From assembly GCA_963666365.2 (NCBI GenBank), contig CAXXNF010000002.1, forward strand, positions 1,600,001 through 1,664,000: a stretch of DNA of 64,000 nucleotides, given 5' to 3'. This document shows, in pieces, positions 58,409 to 64,000 of this stretch. The notes below the pieces were generated by a model, which had not been told where the DNA came from, did no database searches, and worked only from the letters and a program-made list of their open reading frames with translations. Source of the stretch: Syntrophales bacterium (lineage in GTDB: Bacteria; Desulfobacterota; Syntrophia; Syntrophales; UBA2210). Position 1 is the first letter of the stretch; every line of letters begins with the position of its first letter. A program made the translations under genes and the position numbers.

Positions 58409-60120
58409 ATGTTTTTCCTGGCACTTGGATTGTTGTGCAGTCTGTTTGTGCCGACGGCGGTCATGGCGCAAAGTCCGATCCTCTCCGCCTTAGAGATCAA
58501 TTATCCGCCTTTTTGCTTTGTCGATGATGATAGCCGGGCCGGGGGTTTTTCAGTGGAATTGATGCGCGCGGCCTTGGCCTCCATGGGCCGCACTGTTACC
58601 TTTCGAACCGGCCCCTGGGCTGAAGTCAGGGGATGGCTGGAGCGTTGATTTGAGCAATAATACCTGCACATGGTCGGACAAAGTTGCCGATATTCATGAG
58701 ATGCCCAGGTGCTATGTACCGTCCCCTACTGGACGGCATAAATTTTTACGCCCCGGAATGGCGGGATAAGATTATGCAGGTTTTCGCGGATTGTGCCGAA
58801 AAAGGCATCCCCTATGATGAAGAAATGGAAATTATCACCCGCAAGGGAAGGCGGGTCTGGGTTCGAGCCACGGGAGAAGCCATTCGAAATGAAAAGGGTG
58901 AAATTGTAGAGGTTCAAGGATCGTTCCAGGACATCACCGACCGCAAACGGGCCGAGGAAGAACAGGATAAACTCCAGGCGCAGCTTATCCAGGCCCAGAA
59001 GATGGAATCCGTGGGCCGCCTGGCCGGGGGCGTGGCCCACGATTTTAACAACATGCTGGGCGTGATCATGGGCAATGCGGAGTTGGCACTGGAAAAAGCG
59101 GTGCCGAATGATCACCTGCATGAAAATCTGAGGGATATTATCGATGCGGCCCGCCGTTCCTCGGATATCACCCGGCAACTGCTGGCCTTCGCCCGTAGAC
59201 AGACCATTGACCCCAAGGTGATCGACCTGAATAAAACCGTGGAAAAGATGCTCAAAATGCTGCGCCGGCTTATCGGCGAGGACATTGATTTTTCCTGGCA
59301 GCCCTTTTCAGGTTTATGGCCCGTAAAAATGGACCCGTCCCAGCTCGATCAGCTTCTCTCAAATCTTCTGATCAACGCCAGGGCCGCCATCGAAGGGGTG
59401 GGTCGGGTCACCATTGAAACAGACAATGTGACTTTTGATGAGGCCTACTGCAATGACCACGCAGGCTTTGTGCCCGGCGATTTCGTTTTGCTGGCCGCCA
59501 GCGACGGCGGCTGCGGCATGGACAGGAACACCCTCGAGAATATTTTTGAACCGTTTTTTACTACAAAGGCCGTAGGCCAAGGCACCGGCTTGGGATTGTC
59601 CACGGTGTACGGCATTGTCAAACAGAATGACGGGGTCATCAACGTGTACAGCGAGCCGGATAAGGGCACGACCTTCCAGATCTATCTGCCTCGGCATGGG
59701 AGGGAAACCGCCGTGATCACGGCGAAAGACCAAGAGAATGTTCCGGTTAGCCAAGGCGAAACCGTGCTGATCGTTGAAGATGAAATATCCTTATTAGATC
59801 TGACCCGAAGGTTCCTCGACAGGCTGGGCTACGCGGTGCTGGAGGCATCTACCCCGGCCCGGGCTATGGATCTTGCCAGGGATCATAAGGGGAAGATCCA
59901 CCTTTTGATCACCGACGTGGTGATGCCTGAAATGAATGGCAAAGACCTGGCCGAACGTTTGCAAGCCCTTTACCCGGATCTCAGGGGGTTGTTCATGTCC
60001 GGGTACACGACCAATGTCATCGCCCATCGAGCAGTGCTGAATGAGGGCGTGCATTTCATGCAAAAGCCGTTTTTCATCAAAGACCTGGCGGTTAAGGTGC
60101 GCGAGGCATTGGATGGATGA
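58409..60120 (+). pseudogene. Disrupted hybrid sensor kinase (SBP fragment / PAS / HisKA / HATPase / REC); the 3' kinase-receiver frame is open
   Basis: NYPPFCFVD...GFSVEL fragment, out-of-frame PAS start WSVDLSNNTCTWSD, then [32 protein letters not shown]. Confidence 0.8.
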
Positions 60121-60544
60121 GTTCAAGCAAAGAAAGTATGACGGCCCTGTATTTTAAAATTCCACAGGCCAGCTCTCCGACGACTAATGGAGGTGCGACA
60201 TCCCTTCGCCGTAACGCCGATGACCTCAAGCACAGGAACTTTCTCTACAATCCAAAAGCAGCATAAATTGTCAAATAACTAAGTTGCTACCAGTAATTTA
60301 CAATTATGTCATTTACTGTTTGCCACTTTCCTCGTAATATGCTAAGTATTTCCTGTAGATTCAATATGTTGCAGGTGAACGACATGGCACATGCACAAGA
60401 CCACAAGATCGGTTACATTTTCGATCCCTGGCGACAAAAGCCATGTGCATGGCATCATCATAAAGGAGACAATGCAATTACTATATGGGGATAAAAAGTC
60501 AAATACTGAATAAAGAATCCTATTGCAAAAAGTAACTAGACAAT

Positions 60545-60928
60545 CGGCTATGCATTGTGTGCGGTACGTTCTCGGCCGATTTTTTTGTCAATCCCGAATC
60601 ACTTTAAGATCCCTACGATTTCATTGTCTCCACAGAGGTCACCGAACACTTTCATCGGCCGGCCGAGGAGTTCGCTCGTTTCAACCGGATGTTGCACCTC
60701 GACGGATGGTTGGAGCTTATAACCTGCTTCCACGCGGACAACGACAGTTTCGAAACCTGTCTTTACCGTCACGATCCGACTAATGTGGTGTTTTTTCGTG
60801 AGGAGAGAATGCGTTACATTGCGCGCCGGTTCAGGTGGCGCTGTGAAATGCCTTTAAAAGATGTTGCATTGATGCAAAAACCCTATGACACAAAAATCAC
60901 GCACAAGGGAACCTGTCATCATGAGTGA
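60545..60928 (+). pseudogene. Class I SAM methyltransferase remnant
   Basis: In-frame CIVCG...stop...PYDFIVSTEVTEHFHRPAEEF...YRHDPTNVVFF; most of the middle is missing. Confidence 0.65.
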
Positions 60929-61263
60929 TTCAATTGACCTCGAATATTTCAAAAAGCACCTTGAGCAGCGTCTGAAAGAGATCACCGACGGCCAGAAGGC
61001 GGACCGCCCCCTGGAACTGGACCAGTCGCGCATCGGCCGGCTGTCCCGCATGGACGCCATGCAACAGCAGGCCATGACCCAGGCCGGCCGCGCGTCTAGT
61101 CGCAATTGAGGAACAGCGCATCCGAACGGCGCTCAAGCGCATGGCTGCCGGTGACTACGGATATTGCATGCGTTGCGATGAAGAGATCGCCGAAGAGCGG
61201 CTGCGGGTGGACCCGAGTGTCCTTACCTGCATCGCCTGCGCCCGGGCCGAGGACAATGGATGA
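60921..61263 (+). pseudogene. TraR/DksA C4 zinc-finger protein with +1 frameshift
   Basis: ELDQSRIGRLSRMDAMQQQAM; one extra base near 61086; continues RIRTALKRMAAGDYGYCMRCDEEIAEERL...TCIACA. Confidence 0.85.
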
Positions 61264-61294
61264 CTCGTGATGCGCAAGGAATGGAGGTAACAGA

Positions 61295-62074
61295 ATGATC
61301 GGTGCTATCGCCGGCGATATTATCGGCTCGGTATACGAAGCCCATCCCATCAAAACCAAGGATTTCAACCTTTTTCATCCCCGGAGCCGCTTCACCGACG
61401 ACTCCGTGCTTACTATTGCGGTGGCTCAGGCGATTTTGACCGATGGCGATTACCGCCGCTGGGTATGGGAAATCGGCCGTCGCCATCCCCATGCCGGATA
61501 CGGGGGAAGCTTCATCGCTTGGCTCCATTCCAGCGATCCCCAACCCTACAACAGCTGGGGCAACGGGGCGGCCATGCGGGTCAGTCCCGTAGGGTGGGCC
61601 TTTGACACCATCGATGATGTCTTACGCGAGGCGGCTCGGACAGCGGAAATTTCGCACAACCATCCCGAAGGGATCAAAGGTGCCCAAGCCGCCGCGCTTT
61701 CCGTTTTCCTGGCCAGAACGACACGGAACAAGGAATTGATTAAAAGTGAAATTTTTGAAAGATTCGGTTACGATCTTGACCGTACGGTGGATCGTATCCG
61801 GCCGTCCTACAGCTTTGATGTATCCTGCCAGGGAACGGTGCCGGAAGCCATCATCTCCTTTCTGGAGGCAGACTCCTACGAGGATGCGGTCCGAAACGCA
61901 ATATCTTTAGGGGGCGACAGCGACACGCTCGCCTGTATCACGGGCGCCATTGCCGAAGCATGCTACGGGGAGATCGGACAGCCTGTCATGGAAAAAGTGA
62001 AAACATACCTGACGCCGGACCTTTGGTCGATAACAGAAGAATTTTGCCGCAATTACGTTGGTCAAAAAGACTGA
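61295..62074 (+). CDS. ADP-ribosylglycohydrolase family protein
   Basis: GAIAGDIIGS, FTDDS, SWGNGAAMRVSP, GGDSDT. Confidence 0.94.
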   Translation: MIGAIAGDIIGSVYEAHPIKTKDFNLFHPRSRFTDDSVLTIAVAQAILTDGDYRRWVWEIGRRHPHAGYGGSFIAWLHSSDPQPYNSWGNGAAMRVSPVGWAFDTIDDVLREAARTAEISHNHPEGIKGAQAAALSVFLARTTRNKELIKSEIFERFGYDLDRTVDRIRPSYSFDVSCQGTVPEAIISFLEADSYEDAVRNAISLGGDSDTLACITGAIAEACYGEIGQPVMEKVKTYLTPDLWSITEEFCRNYVGQKD

Positions 62075-62156
62075 CTTCTTTTTTCAGAGGACGACAGATC
62101 ATGCCGCGTGTTCGTCCGCCGCAGGCGGCGGCAGGCATTGTAAGTCACGGCCTCGC

Positions 62157-62188
62157 TCATCCCGACCGCCTGCGGTCGGGATGAACAT
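62157..62188. repeat. Palindromic repeat identical (inverted) to 40404-40435
   Basis: TCATCCCGACCGCCTGCGGTCGGGATGAACAT. Confidence 0.85.
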
Positions 62189-62338
62189 TGTCTGGACGGG
62201 TCAGCATAAGAATCGCTAATACATTTTTACAGCCGCACCACATGCAATAACGTACACATACGCCGGTATTGGAAAACAGGCGTGTGTCTAAAAAAATGGG
62301 GGAGGTGTGTTTCATATAAGCAGATGCGCAACCGACTT

Positions 62339-62480
62339 GATTAACAAAAGTTGATGGTCGGCGCAAAGCGCCGAACAGCATGCCGATGGTAATTCGCGGG
62401 GCCGATGGCACGGCGCGCAGCGTCCGTGCCATTGTATTTCTCAGCGGCAAGTAAAACGAGTCTGAAGAAAAATGTTGGCC
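62339..62480 (-). other. Possible degenerate attC site after vapC
   Basis: GGCCAAC 2 nt after the stop codon, attC-like CAGACTCG...GCCGCTGAG, distant GTTAATC; poor pairing. Confidence 0.35.
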
Positions 62481-62482
62481 CA

Positions 62483-62866
62483 TCATTTTTTATAGGCAGG
62501 CTTCAAACCTTTGATCATAGGGTAATGTTTAACATTTAAAGTCTTAAATTTTGCATTTTCTTTGTCAGCCGTTGCCGCCAATATTGCATCCGCCAGACCA
62601 ACTCCATGAGATTTGCCGAAATCACGTTTGTATAAACCTCCTGCTTTGGCGATCTCAGAGTCTATCGGAACTACACGGAAGAGGGAGACAAAATTATCTA
62701 ATACAGTTAGCTCATTAGTTCCCTTCACACCTGCGTATAATTCGGCAATGACTATTGGAGATAGGATGATATGAGCAGAGAATTCATCAATAAAAGAAAT
62801 GGCTTTATCGTTGCCACGCAAGAAATCAACCAAAATATCGGTATCTACAAGTATCGCGTTTGGCAT
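62483..62866 (-). CDS. vapC: VapC PIN-domain toxin
   Basis: ILVDTDILVDFLRG, IAELYAG, ADAILAATA, TLNVKHYP. Confidence 0.92.
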   Translation of the reverse strand: MPNAILVDTDILVDFLRGNDKAISFIDEFSAHIILSPIVIAELYAGVKGTNELTVLDNFVSLFRVVPIDSEIAKAGGLYKRDFGKSHGVGLADAILAATADKENAKFKTLNVKHYPMIKGLKPAYKK

Positions 62867-62871
62867 GCCAA

Positions 62872-63102
62872 TTACCTGTCCCATTCAGATCGAATTGCCC
62901 TGAAATCAGGAAGGTCGTCTCGATTTTTCCAGATTCCAGCAGCTTCTTTCAATGCCGCATTTTTTCGGTTTCGTCCGGTTTGATCAATGAATCGATCAAT
63001 AGCCTCACGAATAATTTCGCTCTGCTTTTTTCCCATATTTTCCGCTATTACGGCAAGTTTTGCACGCTGCTTGTCGGTAAGGTAAATTTGGGTACGTATC
63101 AT
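62872..63102 (-). CDS. RHH/CopG-type antitoxin
   Basis: MIRTQIYLT...QSEIIREAID...AAGIWKNRDD; directly upstream of vapC; GAGGTG RBS. Confidence 0.88.
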   Translation of the reverse strand: MIRTQIYLTDKQRAKLAVIAENMGKKQSEIIREAIDRFIDQTGRNRKNAALKEAAGIWKNRDDLPDFRAIRSEWDR

Positions 63103-63161
63103 ACAGCACCTCAATATTTAATGTATACATCACACATATACATTGCATCGTTGATTTGTCA

Positions 63162-63250
63162 AGTTAACGTCACAAATCACCGGCGGCAAAAAATAGAGCG
63201 AGGAACGAGCTGCGTTTTTTGCCGTCCGAGTGCATTTGCCTTGTTAGGGC
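63162..63250 (-). mobile_element. Integron attC recombination site
   Basis: R'' CCCTAAC, 5 nt, L'' AAATGCAC, stem CGGACGGCAAAAAA/TTTTTTGCCGCCG, L' GTGATTT, 5 nt, R' GTTAACT; two extrahelical bases; starts right after the upstream stop codon. Confidence 0.85.
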
Positions 63251-63251
63251 A

Positions 63252-63998
63252 TTATCTCCTTAGTACTGAACAGCTGTTTGAATTTCTAAAAAATGTGGTG
63301 TTATGTGATGTGTGATACACCATACCGTCTTCTGAACGAATGAACAGAGCTCTACCGCCACGAAGAACTTGATTCTTTTTGTAAATCCAGACTTCGTAAT
63401 CGCCGTTCTCGCCTTCACAATAGTATTTTTCCATTGGATCCCCTATATACGTAATTAGGTCTTCCTTAGACATGCCTCCATATGCCATGAAGGCTTTTCC
63501 TTTATCGTCCGCATTTTTTCCTGCATCAAGTCCTGCTGCTCTGAGAAAAGGCCACGTAGCGATTGCAACTGGGATAAGCGGTGCGTACGACAAAGCCTCA
63601 GCAGATTCTTCTTTTGCTTCGCCGGTTGTTTTCCCTTTGGGCTTCACCTTTATCCACCGAATGCTTTGGATTTCCGTGATCTGGACTATTTTCACTTTCA
63701 CCTCTTGTCCATGCGCGTCTTTTACGATCACATCTTCTGGGTCTGCAACCTGTTTTACTTCCGAAATTCCATCAAGGTTCTGTGCTCTTATAATAATTTG
63801 TACCTTCTCTCCCTCGTTTACGGATGCTGACGACAGGATCTTGCGCAAAGAAATATTTGGAAGTTTCTTCACCTCCTCAATAGAGAACTTCCAAGTCCCA
63901 TACGAAGTTTTTTTCCAATAAGGCGTCTTTGTTGTTGCGCAACCAGACAGTAACAGTAATATTACTGCTGATAATGCGGATACAATTACCCAATTAGA
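63252..63998 (-). CDS. Hypothetical lipoprotein, gene-cassette ORF (start outside window)
   Basis: Frame is open to the window edge: SNWVIVSALSAVILLLLSGCATTK (lipobox LSGC), longer than the ORF-track call. Confidence 0.8.
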   Translation of the reverse strand, partial: SNWVIVSALSAVILLLLSGCATTKTPYWKKTSYGTWKFSIEEVKKLPNISLRKILSSASVNEGEKVQIIIRAQNLDGISEVKQVADPEDVIVKDAHGQEVKVKIVQITEIQSIRWIKVKPKGKTTGEAKEESAEALSYAPLIPVAIATWPFLRAAGLDAGKNADDKGKAFMAYGGMSKEDLITYIGDPMEKYYCEGENGDYEVWIYKKNQVLRGGRALFIRSEDGMVYHTSHNTTFFRNSNSCSVLRR

Positions 63999-64000
63999 TT

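Overview
Bacterial chromosomal segment. Gene content (sigma54 activators, Orp-like locus, BadI/MenB-like hydrolase, many acyl-CoA enzymes) points to an anaerobic deltaproteobacterium, probably Desulfobacterota/Syntrophales-like; this is inference, not a database result. From left to right: (1) housekeeping genes (ccsA-like, sirC/cysG-N, prmA, rsmE, RDD) and tRNA-Phe; (2) a REP-associated tyrosine transposase (RAYT) whose repeats also bracket a K+/H+ antiporter; (3) a Na/Pi-Cache-PAS-glycosyltransferase cluster; (4) a long acyl-CoA/organic-acid catabolic region including gltA and ino1; (5) a sigma54-controlled TRAP/MaoC/CoA-transferase locus; (6) IS256/IS1634 debris and a livKHMGF-type ABC operon; (7) a minimal Orp-like sigma54 locus and kefGB-like genes; (8) several pseudogenes and, at the right edge, integron-type gene cassettes (attC, a vapBC pair, a lipoprotein). 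Best novelty candidate: a hotdog-fold (MaoC-like) gene that lacks the catalytic His and whose apparent TGA stop looks like a selenocysteine codon, since read-through restores the last strand and a SECIS-like hairpin follows. Second: the RAYT/REP system, whose repeats overlap stop codons, form terminator-like hairpins and encode one protein C-terminus. No CRISPR array or rRNA was seen. All functional calls come from motif recognition by eye.
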